DNA of 64,000 nucleotides from Eledone cirrhosa (taxonomy: Eukaryota). This document shows, piece after piece, positions 26,941 to 42,200 of the stretch. Within the stretch, counting starts at the first letter, position 1. Every line of letters begins with the position of its first letter. The translations under genes and the position numbers were made by a program. Where the stretch lies: NCBI GenBank assembly GCA_964016885.1, contig OZ024742.1, positions 362,390,001 to 362,454,000 of the forward strand. Reading direction: 5' to 3'. The notes beneath the pieces were generated by a model. That model was given only the letters and a program-made list of their open reading frames with translations, searched no databases and had not been told where the DNA came from.

Positions 26941-27053
26941 TGGTAACACAACAGTTAGTTCACCATACCGAGAACAATTGTTTCACCTTAGCTGAGGATC
27001 CGCTAAGGTGAAACAATTGTTCTCGGTATGGTGAACTAACTGTTGTGTTACCA
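26941..27053. repeat. Perfect 52-bp inverted repeat, 9-nt spacer, centred on an HHR core
   Basis: 26941-26992 is the reverse complement of 27002-27053. The centre reads CTGAGGA-TCC-GCTAA-GGT-GAAA-CAATTG-TT. Confidence 0.9.
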
Positions 27054-27054
27054 C

Positions 27055-27147
<93 letters not shown>

Positions 27148-27487
27148 AGAAAAACCACAAACCCTCCATCTCAATTCGACTTTTCAAAAGCATACGAACC
27201 TTGAAACGAGTAAAGGAAATAAATAAAAATTTCTTAAAAGACTTAGTGTTTCAATACTTAATTTAAAATTGTAAAGTTTTAATTCTTTTTAATTCGCTTT
27301 AATTGTAATATTCAACATTTGATAAGATGGATTACACTGATACATTGAAACCGGGTATATCTTATATATTTTATTTACATTATAAAACTCTTATTTAAAA
27401 AAAATAAAAATTGTTCCTCTCATTTTTTCAATAATGTCATTTAGACGAATCAAAGATCCATAAATATATTTTTCGTGCTATTTCCAA

Positions 27488-27722
<235 letters not shown>

Positions 27723-27739
27723 CAATGATGTATACTTAC

Positions 27740-28275
27740 TTATAAGGGGGACAAATTCTGAGGTTTCTGGAAGATTCTCTGCAACTGCAAGCATGAAGAC
27801 AGAGAAAGCAAGGAGAACTGTGATTCCAAGAGCAATCTTCTCACCAGAATCTGGGGGTAGACAGAAGACTAACAGCGTTAATGCAGACATCATGATACAA
27901 GGAAAAACTACATTGTACATGTAGTATAAGATACGACGTCGTATATGGACAAAGAAAGTGACATCGGGAAAGGGTTCCGGACAGCAGCTATAGGTGACTA
28001 CATTGCGGACGATTTTGATGGAGAGCAACTCCCATTCACCATTGACTACATAGTTGGAAAGATCCACTTCGCTGGTCTGATTCGTGACGTCCACTTGAAA
28101 GCCATCGTATGTCCAAGAACCAAACTTCAGCTTACACATCTGCTCGTCAAATGGAAAATAGGTTACATCGACTTTGCAGGAACTTTGAAGCTTGGTCGGA
28201 ATGGGCCAAAACACTTCTCCCGTATGTTTAACCATGGCATTGGCTGGCATCAATCCTTCCGTGTACTCAGCAGCA
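27740..28275 (-). CDS. Nicotinic acetylcholine receptor alpha subunit (alpha9/10-like), internal exon: Cys-loop, loops B and C, TM1, TM2
   Basis: Acceptor tctttgcAG (28277-28276) and donor GTAAGT (28739-type consensus, GT at 27739-27738). Cys-loop CKVDVTYFPFDEQMC, FGSWTYDG, vicinal cysteines YSCCPEPFPD, PPDSGEKIALGITVLLAFSVF. Confidence 0.96.
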
Positions 28276-28349
28276 CTGCAAAGATAAAAATACAATACAA
28301 CAAAATAAGATGTGTATATCATTTATTGACACGTATCATTATATAAACT

Positions 28350-28431
28350 TGGCAGTATCGGTAGAGGGTCGGACGCCATGCTTTGCAGCAAAGAGTTACA
28401 GCCCTTTTATGCTCTGAGTTCAAATCCCGAC
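28350..28431 (+). mobile_element. SINE 5' fragment
   Basis: GGCAGTATCGGTAGAGGGTCGGACGCCATGCTTT...GAGTTCAAATCCCG is the reverse complement of ~4033-4108. Confidence 0.8.
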
Positions 28432-28584
28432 GCAGACACAGTGACATATATATGTATATACTTTTATCAATTGGTGACACAGAACTTACATAAGCTAACA
28501 GAAACGCCAATATTTAATGTCAGTGAAACAAGGTGAAATTTTTATTTACACCAATTTATCTTTGTGTGTATATATATGTATATA

Positions 28585-28665
<81 letters not shown>

Positions 28666-28862
28666 CGTTTCAGAATTTGTTTAGCAAAATTTTTTATCTG
28701 AAAACGTGTGTTGAAACCGAGATTGTTATGCTTTGGGAGGGTCATGTTGCCAATAAGAAACACACGCACCAGTTGCTTTCACTTCAATTTATTATAAATT
28801 TAGGAATTTATAAATTTACGGTTGGTTGGTTGGTTCCACAACCAGACGATTGTTCATACATT

Positions 28863-28905
28863 GTCAAAGTTCTTTCGTCACATATTCTGTGACCTCTTCG
28901 GTGAC
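28863..28905 (-). ncRNA. Degenerate minimal HHR in PLE 3' region
   Basis: Minus strand reads GTCA CCGAAGA G-GTCACA-GAATA-TGTGAC GAAA GAAC TT TGAC; the core has CCGA instead of CUGA. Confidence 0.6.
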
Positions 28906-29098
28906 TGGGGATTCTTTTCTTTGTTTTTGTGCCTCTCCTTTGTTCTGTCCTACGCCATCTTGTTTTTGTGTGTGTTGCGTGCTTAGTTTGCGCATATGTT
29001 ACATCCGGGTGTCTGTGTGTGTTTATATTTGTTTATTTATTTGTTTATTTACATGTTACTGGTTGGTTGTTTGTTCTATGTGTGTGTGTGTTTTGTCC

Positions 29099-29989
29099 TT
29101 AATTGTAAGTTGTGATGTTGCTATTCCATTCATGCTTTCTATTTAATTTTGGTTGGAGTTCATTTATCTTTATTGCCTCTGTGATTTGTCTAAACATTGC
29201 GTCTTTTCTGTGTGTAGATTCTATTTTTATTTCTATGTTCTCTAATTTGCCCTTATGTTCTATTTTAGCATGTTGGTAGAGTACAGATGATTCTTTACTA
29301 TCTTGAAGCTCTCGCCAGTGTTCATTTATCCGTTCCCCTATACTACGAGCTGTCTCACCTATGTACACTATATTCTTATCTCTACATTGTCCTTCAGTAC
29401 ACCTTATGCTATATACTACATTTCTAGTTTTACAGTTAATATGGGGGCTTAATTTACAGATTATACATTTCTTATCTATACAGGGAGGTCTTTGAAAAGG
29501 GCATGTATTGCTAATAAGTGTTTTTATGGAGGTACCTGGTCTTTCTACTATCTTAATATTGAGTTTATGTTTATCTAGGGCCCTTCTGAATTTGTAAGCT
29601 AATTCACCTCTAGGGGTTGTATTGATGAACATTACACTCTCGTATTTATTGCTATCATACCATGAGTTTATTCTATTAACCTGATTGCTAGTTCTTTCTA
29701 TTCTATTCCAAAATTTGCTCCTATACAAGGGGCAGGTCCGATTTGTGTCATTATTTACCATTTTTTCCCATTTGGTTCTGGCTCCTCTATATACTATGCT
29801 CTTATCTCTCTGATTGTAGCCAGAGAACTGGATACGGTGGATGAAGTATTGTATGTGTCTCTCTAGTTCTTTGGGGTTGCACATGCGGGACATGTTTCTC
29901 ATCACTCGTACCAAATCCGCAATCAGTATGTTGATTTTGGTGTGGTCCGAAACAGCTGAGTTTCGGTGGATCAGATATTTGGAAGTCAT
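29099..29989 (-). pseudogene. PLE C-terminal ORF: RT thumb/linker + GIY-YIG endonuclease
   Basis: CIDKKCIIC, CKTRNVVYSIRC, YIGETARSIGERINEH, RQITEAIKI..PKLNRKHE. N-terminal RT absent. Confidence 0.88.
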
Positions 29990-30083
29990 GGGTTTGGCAT
30001 AAGAGGAATGAGGATCTGTTTTTTGTTATTGATAGTATCTAACCAGAGCTTTTCTGATAAAATGTCTTTTAAAATATCAAATA

Positions 30084-30097
30084 TCATCATCATCGTT

Positions 30098-30142
<45 letters not shown>

Positions 30143-30170
30143 GGTTTCATCATCATCTCCATCATCATCG

Positions 30171-30205
<35 letters not shown>

Positions 30206-30246
30206 GTCATCATCATCATTATCATCATAATCGACATCAGCATCAT
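30084..30246. repeat. (CAT)n microsatellite
   Basis: Directly visible. Confidence 0.95.
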
Positions 30247-30258
30247 TTTGATAATTAA

Positions 30259-33200
30259 ACCACTGACATCACAATCACTGTCATCACAAACACTGACATC
30301 ACAACCACTTACATCACAATAACTGACATCACAACCACTGACATCACAACCACTGACATCACAAACACTGACCTCACAACCACTGACATCAGAACCACTG
30401 ACATCACAACCACTGACATCACAACCACTGACATCCCAACCACTGACATCACAATCACTGACATCGCAATCACTGACATCACAACCACTGACATCACAAC
30501 CACTGACATCACAACCACTGACATCACAACCACTGACATCATAACCACTGACATCATAATCAATGACATCATAACTACTGACATAATAACCACTGATATC
30601 ATAAACACTGACATCACAACCACTGACATCACAACCACTGACATCACAACCACTGATATCATAACCACTGACAGCACAACCACTGACATCATAACCACTG
30701 ATATCAATACCACTGACATCACAACCACTGACATCACAACCACTGACATCACAAGCACTGATATCATAACCACTGACATCATAACCACTGACATCATAAC
30801 CACTGACATCACAATCACTGACATCACAATCACTGACATCACAACCATTGACATCATAACCACTGACATCACAACCACTGACATCAGAACCACTGACATC
30901 ACAACCACTGACATCACGACCACTGACACCACAACCACTGACATCACAACCACTGAGATCATAATCACTGACATCACAATCACTAACATCACAACCACTG
31001 ACATCATAATCACTGACATCATAATCACTGACATCACAATCACTGACATCATAACCACTGACATCACAATCACTGACATCACAATCACTGACATCACAAC
31101 CACTGACATCACAACCACTGACATCACAACCACTGACATCACAACCACTGACATCACAACCACTGACATCACAACCACTGAGATCATAACCACTGACATC
31201 ACAATCACTGACATCACAACCACTGACATCATAATCACTGACATCACAATCACTGACATCATAACCACTGATATCACAATCACTGACATCAGAACCACTG
31301 ACATCACAACCACTGACATCACAACCACTGACATCATAACCACTGACATCACAATCACTGACATCATAACCACTGACATCACAACCACTGACATCATAAC
31401 CATTGACATCAGAACCACTGACATCACAACCACTGACATCATAACCACTGACATCATAACCATTGACATCACAACCACTGACTTCACACAACCACTGACA
31501 TCATAACCACTGACATCACAACCACTGACATCACAATCACTGACACCACAACTACTGACATCTCAACCACTCATATCACAACCACTGACATCACAACCAC
31601 TGACATCACAACCACTGACATCATAACCACTGACATAACAATCACTGACGTCACAACCACTGACGTCACAATCACTGACACTACAACCACTGAGATCATA
31701 ATCACTGACATCACAATCACTGACATCACAACCACTGACATCATAACCACTGACATCACAATCACTGACATGACAATCACTGACATCACAACCACTGACA
31801 TCACAACCACTGACATCACAACCACTGACATCACAACCAATGACATCACAACCACTGACATCACAACCACTGACATCATAACCACTGACATCACAATCAC
31901 TGACATCACAACCTCTGACATCAGAACCACTGACATCACAACCACTGACACCACAACCACTGACATCACAACCACTGAGATCATAACCACTGACATCACA
32001 ACCACTGACATCATAACCACTGACATCACAATCACTGACATCACAACCACTGACATCAGAACCACTGACATCACAACCACTGACATCACGACCACTGACA
32101 CCACAACCACTGACATCACAACCACTGACATCACAACCAATGACATCACAACCACTGACATCACAATCACTGACATCACAACCACTGACACCACAACCAC
32201 TGACATCACAACCACTGACATCACAACCACTGACATCACAACCACTGACACCACAACCACTGACATCACAACCACTGAGATCATAACCACTGACATCACA
32301 ACCACTGACATCACAACCACTGACATCATAATCACTGACATCACAATCACTGACATCACAACCTCTGACATCAGAACCACTGACATCACGACCACTGACA
32401 CCACAACCACTGACATCACAACCACTGAGATCATAACCACTGACATCACAATCACTGACATCACAACCACTGACATCATAATCACTGACATCACAATCAC
32501 TGACATCATAACCACTGATATCACAATCACTGACATCACAATCACTGACATCACACCCACTGACATCACAACCACTGACATCACAACCACTGACATCACA
32601 ACCACTGACATCATAACCACTGACTTCACACAACCACTGACATCATAACCACTGACATCACAACCACTGACATCACAATCACTGACACCACAACTACTGA
32701 CATCTCAACCACTCATATCACAACTACTGACATAACAATCACTGACGTCACAACCACTGACGTCACAATCACTGACACCACAACCACTGAGATCATAATC
32801 ACTGACATCACAATCACTGACATCACAACCACTGACATCATAATCACTGACATCACAATCACTGACATCATAACCACTGACATCACAATCACTGACATCA
32901 CAATCACTGACATCACAACCACTGACATCACAACCACTGACATCACAACCACTGACATCACAACCAATGACATCACAACCACTGACATCACAACCACTGA
33001 CATCATAACCACTGACATTACAATCACTGACATCACAACCTCTGACATCAGAACCACTGACATCACAACCACTGACACCACAACCACTGACATCACAACC
33101 ACTGAGATCATAACCACTGACATCACAATCACTGACATCACAACCTCTGACATCAGAACCACTGACATCACGACCTCTGACACCACAACCACTGACATCA

Positions 33201-36200
33201 CAACCACTGAGATCATAACCACTGACATCACAATCACTGACATCACAACCACTGACATCATAATCACTGACATCACAATCATTGACATCATAACCACTGA
33301 TATCACAATCACTGACATCACAATCACTGACATCACACCCACTGACATCACAACCACTGACATCACAACCACAGATATCACAATCACTGACATCATAACC
33401 ACTGACATCACAACCACTGATATCACAATCAATGAAATCACAACCAGTGACATCATAACCACTGACATAACAACCACTGACATCACAACTACTGATATCA
33501 CAATCACTGAAGTCACAACCACAGACATCATAACCACTGACATCATAACCACTGACATCATAACCACTGACGTCACAATCACTGACATCACGACCACTGA
33601 CCTCCCAAAAACTGATATCACAATCACTGACCTCACAACCACTGACATCATAACCACTGACATCATAACCACTGACATCATAACCACTGACATCACAACC
33701 ACAGACATCACAACCACTGACATCCCAACCACTGATATCACAATCAATGACATCACAACCACTGACATCATAACCACTGACATCATAACCACTGACATCA
33801 TAACAACTGACATCACAACCACTGACATAACAATCACTGACATCACAACCACTGACATCACAACCACTGACATCACAATCACTGACATGATAACCACTGA
33901 TATCATAACCACTGACATCACAATCAATGACATCACGACCACTGACCTCACAAACACTTATATCACAATCACTGATATCACAACCACTGACATCATAACC
34001 ACTGACATCATAACCACTGACATCACAACCACTGACGTCACAACCACTGAAATCACAAACACTGACCTCACAACCACTGACATCACAACCACTGACAACA
34101 TAACCACTGACATCACAACCACTGACATCATAACCATTGACATCAGAACCACTGACATCACAACCACTGACATCATAACCACTGACATCATAACCATTGA
34201 CATCACAACCACTGACATCACACAACCACTGACATCATAACCACTGACATCACAACCACTGACATCACAATCACTGACACCACAAGCACTGACATCTCAA
34301 CCACTCACATCAAAACCACTGACATCACAACCACTGACATCATAACCACTGACATAATAATCACTGACACCACAACCACTGACAACACAACCACTGACAT
34401 CACAACCACTGACATCACAATCACAGACGTCATAACCACTGACATCATAACCACTGATATCACAACCACTGACATTACAACCACTGACATCACAACCACT
34501 GACATCACAACCACTGACATCAAAATCACTGACATAACAATCACTGACATCCAAATCACTGACATCACAATCACTGATATCAAAACCACTGACATCATAA
34601 CCACTGACATCACAATCACTGACATCATAACCAATGACATCATAACCACTGATATCACAATCACTGACATCACAACCACTGACATCGCAACCACTGACAT
34701 CACAACCACTGACATCACAATCACTGACATTATAACCACTGACATCATAACCATTGACATCACAATCACTGACATTATAACCACTGACATCAGAACCACT
34801 GACATCACGACCACTGACACCACAACCACTGACATCAGAACCACTGACATCATAACCATTGACATCACAACCACTGACATCACAACAACTGACATCACAA
34901 TCACAGACGTCATAACCACTGACATCACAACCACTGACATCACAATCACTGACATCACAACCTCTGACATCAGAACCACTGACATCACGACCACTGACAC
35001 CACAACCACTGACATCACAACCACTGAGATCATAACCACTGACATCACAATCACTGACATCACAACCACTGACATCATAATCACTGACATCACAATCACT
35101 GACATCATAACCACTGATATCACAATCACTGACATCACAATCACTGACATCACACCCACTGACATCACAACCACTGACATCACAACCACTGACATCACAA
35201 CCACTGACATCATAACCACTGACATCACAATCACTGACATCATAACCACTGACATCATAACCATTGATAACACAATCACTGACATCACAGCCACTGACAT
35301 CACAACCACTGACATCATAACCACTGACATCACAACCACTGACATCACAACCACTTTTATCACAATCACTGACATCATAACCACTGACATCATAACCACT
35401 GACATCACAACCACTTTTATCACAATCACTGACATCATAACCACTGACATCACAACCACAGATATCACAATCACTGACATCATAACCAGTGACATCATAA
35501 CCACTGACATAACAACCACTGACATCACAACTACTGATATCACAATCACTGACGTCACAACCACAGACATCATAACCACTGACATCATAACCACTGACAT
35601 CATAACCACTGACATCACAATCACTGACATCACGACCACTGACCTCCCAAAAACTGATATCACAATCACTGACCTCACAACCACTGACATCATAACCACT
35701 GACATCATAACCACTGACATCATAACCACTGACATCACAACCACAGACATCACAACCACTGACATCCCAACCACTGATATCACAATCAATGACATCACAA
35801 CCACTGACATCATAACCACTGACATCATAACCACTGACATCATAACCACTGACATCACAACCACTGACATAACAATCACTGACATCACAACCACTGACAT
35901 CACAACCACTGACCCTCACAACCACTGACATCACAATCACTGACATGATAACCACTGATATCATAACCACTGACATCACAATCACTGACATCACGACCAC
36001 TGACCTCATAAACACTTATATCACAATCACTGATATCACAACCACATGACATCATAACCACTGACATCATAACCACTGACATCACAACCACTGACATCAC
36101 AACCACTGACATCACAAACACTGACCTCACAACCACTGACATCAGAACCACTGACATCACAACCACTGACATCATAACCGCTGACATCATAACCATTGAC

Positions 36201-39200
36201 ATCACAACCACTGACATCACACAACCACTGACATCATAACCACTGACATCACAACCACTGACATCACAATCACTGACACCACAAGCACTGACATCTCAAC
36301 CACTCACATCACAACCACTGACATCACAACCACTGACATCATAACCACTGACATAATAATCACTGACACCACAACCACTGACAACACAACCACTGACATC
36401 ACAACCACTGACATCACAATCACAGACGTCATAACCACTGACATCATAACCACTGATATCACAACCACTGACATTACAACCACTGACATCACAACCACTG
36501 ACATCACAACCACTGACATCACAATCACTGACATAACAATCACTGACATCACAATCACTGACATAACAATCACTGACATCAAAACCACTGACATCACAAC
36601 CACTGACATCATAACCACTGACATCACAATCACTGACATCATAACCAATGACATAATAACCACTGACATCACAACCACTGACACCACAACCACTGACATC
36701 ACAACCACTGACATCACAACCACTGACATCACAACCACTGACATCACAATCACTGAAATCCCAACCACTGATATCACAACCACTGACATCACAATCACTG
36801 ACATCACAATCACTGACATCACAACCACTGACATCATAACCACTGACATCACAACCACTGACATCACAACCACTGACATCACAACCACTCACATCACAAC
36901 CACTCACATCATAACCACTCACATCATAACCACTGACATCACAACCACTGACATCACAATCACTGACACCACAACCGCTGACATCTCAACCACTGACATC
37001 ACAACCACTGACATCACAACCACTGACATCACAACCACTGACATCATAACCACTGACATAACAATCACTGACGTCACAACCACTGAGTTCACAATCACTG
37101 ACACCACAACCACTGACATCACGACCACTGACATCACAATCACTGACATCACAATCACTGACATCATAACCACTGACATCATAACCACTTATATCACAAT
37201 CAATGACATCACAACCACTGACATCACAACCACTGACATCACATCCACTGACATCACATCCACTGACATCACAACCACTGACATCACAACCACTGACATA
37301 ACAATCACTGACATCACAACCACTGACATCACAACCACTGAAATTACAACCACTGACATCACGACCACTGACATCACAACCACTGACATCACAACCACTG
37401 ACATAACAATCATTGACATCACAACCACTGACATCATAACCACTGACATCACAACCACCGACATCATAACCACTGACGTAACAATCAATGACATCAAAAC
37501 CACTGACATCACAACCACTGACATCACAACCACTGACATCACACCCACTAAAGTCACAACCACTGACATCACAACCACTGACATCACAATCACTGACACG
37601 ACAACCACTGACATCACAAACACTGACATCACAACCACTGACATCATAACCACTGACATCACAACCACATATATCACAATCACTGACATCACAATCACTG
37701 GCATCACAGCCACTGACATCACAACAACTGACATCACAACCACTGACATCACAATCACTGACATCACAATCACTGACATCACAATCACTGACATCATAAC
37801 CACTGACATCACAATCACTGACATCACAATCACTGACATCACAACCACTGACATCACAATCACTGACGTCACAACCACTGACATCACAATCACTGACATC
37901 ACAACCACTGACATCACAATCACTGACACGACAACCACTGACATCACAAACACTGACATCACAACCACTGACATCATAACCACTGACATCATAACCACTG
38001 ACATCACAACCACTGACATCACAACCACTGACATCACAACCACTGATATCACAATCACTGACATCACAACCAGTGACATCATAACCACTGACATAACAAC
38101 CACTGACATCACAACTACTGATATTACAATCACTGACGTCACAACCACAGACATCATAACCACTGACATCATAACCACTGACATCATAACCACTGACATC
38201 ACAATCACTGACATCACGACCACTGATCTCCCAAACACTGATATCCCAATCACTGACCTCACAACCACTGACATCATAACCACTGACATCATAACCACTG
38301 ACATCATAACCACTGACATCACAACCACAGACATCACAACCACTGACATCCCAACCACTGATATCACAATCAATGACATCACAACCACTGACATCATAAC
38401 CACTGACATCATAACCACTGACATCATAACCACTGACATCACAACCACTGACATAACAATCACTGACATCACAATCAGTGACATCACAATCACTCACATC
38501 ACAACCACTGACATCACAACCACTGACATCATAACCACTGACACCACAATCACTGACATCATAACCACTGACATCATAACCACTGACATCACAATCACTG
38601 ACATCACGACCACTGACCTCAAAAACACTGATATCACAATCACTGACCTCACAACCACTGACATCATAATCACTGACATCACAACCACTGACATCATAAC
38701 CACTGACATCATAACCACCGACATCACAATCACTGACATCACGACCACTGACCTCCCAAACACTGATATCACAATCACTGACATCACAACCACTGACATC
38801 ATAATCACTGACATCACAACCACTGACATAACAATCACTGACATCACAATCACTCACATCACAATCACTCACATCACAACCACTGACATCACAACCACTG
38901 ACATCATAACCACTGACACCACAATCACTGACATCATAACCACTGACATCACAATCACTGACATCACGACCACTGACCTCACAAACACTGATATCACAAT
39001 CACTGACATCACAACCACTGACATCATAACCACTGACATCATAACCACTGACATCACAACCACTGACATCACAACCACTGACATCACAACCACTGACATC
39101 CCAACCACTGATATCACAATCACTGACATCACAACCACTAACATCACACTCACTGATATCACAACCACTGACATCACAACCACTGACATCACAATCTCTG

Positions 39201-42200
39201 ACATCACAGTCACTGACATCATAACCATTGACATCACAATCACTGACGTCACAATCACTGACATCACAACCACTGAAATCACAATCACTGACATCACAAC
39301 CACTGACATCACAATCACTGACATCATAACCACTGACATCATAACCACTGACATCACAACCACTGACATCATAACCACTGACATCATAACCACTGACATC
39401 ACAATCACTGACATCACAACCACTGACATCACAACCACTGACATCACAACCACTGACATAACAATCACTGACATCACAAACCAATGACATCACAACCACT
39501 GACATTACAAACACTGACATCACAACCACTGACATCACAACCACTGACATCACAACCACTGACATAACAATCATTGAGATCACAACCACTGACATCATAA
39601 CCACTGACATCACAACCACCGACATCATAACCACTGACATAACAATCATTGACATCACGACCACTGATATCACAACCACTGACATAACACCCACTGACAT
39701 CACAACCACTGACATCACAACCACTGACATGACAACCACTGATACCACAACCATTGACATCACAACCACTGACATCACAACCACTGACATCACAATCAAT
39801 GACACGACAACCACTGACATCACAACCACTGACATCACAACCACAGACATCATAACCACTGACATCACAACCACTTATATCACAATAACTGACATCACAA
39901 TCACAGACATCGCAACCACTGACATCACAACCACTGACATCACAACCACTGACATCACAACCACTGACATCACAACCACTGACATCACAATCACTGACAT
40001 CGCAATCACTGACATCACAATCACTGACATCATAACCACTGACATCACAATCACTGACATCACAACCACTGACATCACAATCACTGACATCATAACCACT
40101 GACATCATAACCACTGACATCACAACCACTGACATCACAACCACTGATATCACTATCACTGACCTCACAACCAGTGACATCATAATCACTGACATCACAA
40201 CCACTGACATCACAACTACTGATATCACAATCACTGACATTACAACCACTGACATCATAACCACTGACATTAAAACCACTGACATCATAACCACTGACAT
40301 TAAAACCACTGACCTCCCAAACACTGATATCACAATCACTGACCTCACAACCACTGACATCATAACCACTGACATCATAACCACTGACATCATAACCACT
40401 GACATCACAACCACTGACATCTCAACCACTGACATCACAACCACGGATATCACAATCACTGACATCACAAGCACTGACATCACAACCACTGACATCACAA
40501 CCACTGCCATCACAACCACTGATATCACAATCACTGACATCACAACCACTGACATCACAACCACTGACATCACAACCACTGAGATCATAACCACTGACAT
40601 CACAACCACTGACATAACAATCATTGACATCACAATCACTGACATCACAATCACTCACATCACAACCACTGACACCACAATCATTGACATCATAACCACT
40701 GACATCATCACCACTGACATCATAACCACTGACATCACAACCACTGACATCACAACTACTGACATCATAACCACTGACATCATAACCACTGACATCACAA
40801 CCACCGACATCATAACCACTGACATCACACTCACTGCCATCACGACAACTGACCTCACAAACACTGATATCACAATCACTGACATCACAACCACTGACAT
40901 CATAACCACTAACATCATAACCACTGACATCACAACCACTGACATCACAACCACTGACATCACAACCACTGACATCACAACCACTGATATCACAATCACT
41001 GACATCACAACCACTGACATCACAACCACTGACATCACAATCACTGACATCATAACCACTGACATCATAACCACTGATATCACAATCACTGACATCACAA
41101 TCACTGACATAACAATCACTGACATCACAACCACTGATATCACAACCACTGATATTACAACCACTGACATCACAATCACTGACATCATAACCACTGACAA
41201 CATAACCACTGATATCCCAACCACTGACATCACAACCACTGACATAACAATCACTGACATCACAACCACTGACATCACAACCACTGACATCACAACCACT
41301 GACATAACAATCATTGACATCACAACCATTGACATCATAACCACTGACATCACAACCACCGACATCATAACCACTGACATAACAATCATTGACATCACGA
41401 CCACTGACATCACAACCACTGACATAACACCCACTAATGTCACAACCACTGACATCACACCCACTGACATCACAACCACTGACACCACAACCACTGACAT
41501 CACAACCACTGACATCACAACCACTGACATCACTATCACTGACACGACAACCACTGACATCACAACCACTGACATCACAACCACTGACATCATAACCACT
41601 GACATCACAATCACTTATATCACAATCACTGACATCACAGTCACTGACATCGCAACCACTGACATCACAACCACTGACATCACAACCACTGACATCACAA
41701 CCACTGACATCACAACCACTGACATCACAATCACTGACATCGCAATCACTGACATCACAATCACTGACCTCACAACCAGTAACATCATAATCACTGACAT
41801 CACAACCACTGACATCACAACCACTGATATCACAATCACTGACATCACGGCCACTGACCTCCCAAACACTGATATCACAATCACTGACCTCACAACCACT
41901 GACATCATAACCACTGACATCATAACCACTGACATCATAACCACTCACATCACAACCACTGACATCACAACCACTGACATCACAACCACTGATATCACAA
42001 TCACTGACATCACAATCACTGACCTCACAACCACTGACATCATAATCACTGACATCACAACCACTGACATAACAATCACTGACATCACAATCACTGACAT
42101 CACAATCACTCACATCACAACCACTGACATCACAACCACTGACATCATAACCACTGACAACACAATCACTGACATCATAACCACTGACATCATAACCACT

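Larger units (their letters stand above)
28662..30083 (-). mobile_element. 5'-truncated Penelope-like retroelement with 3' pseudo-LTR
   Basis: GIY-YIG ORF, upstream RT-thumb remnant in another frame, HHR-like motif downstream; ends at (TA)n. Confidence 0.85.
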
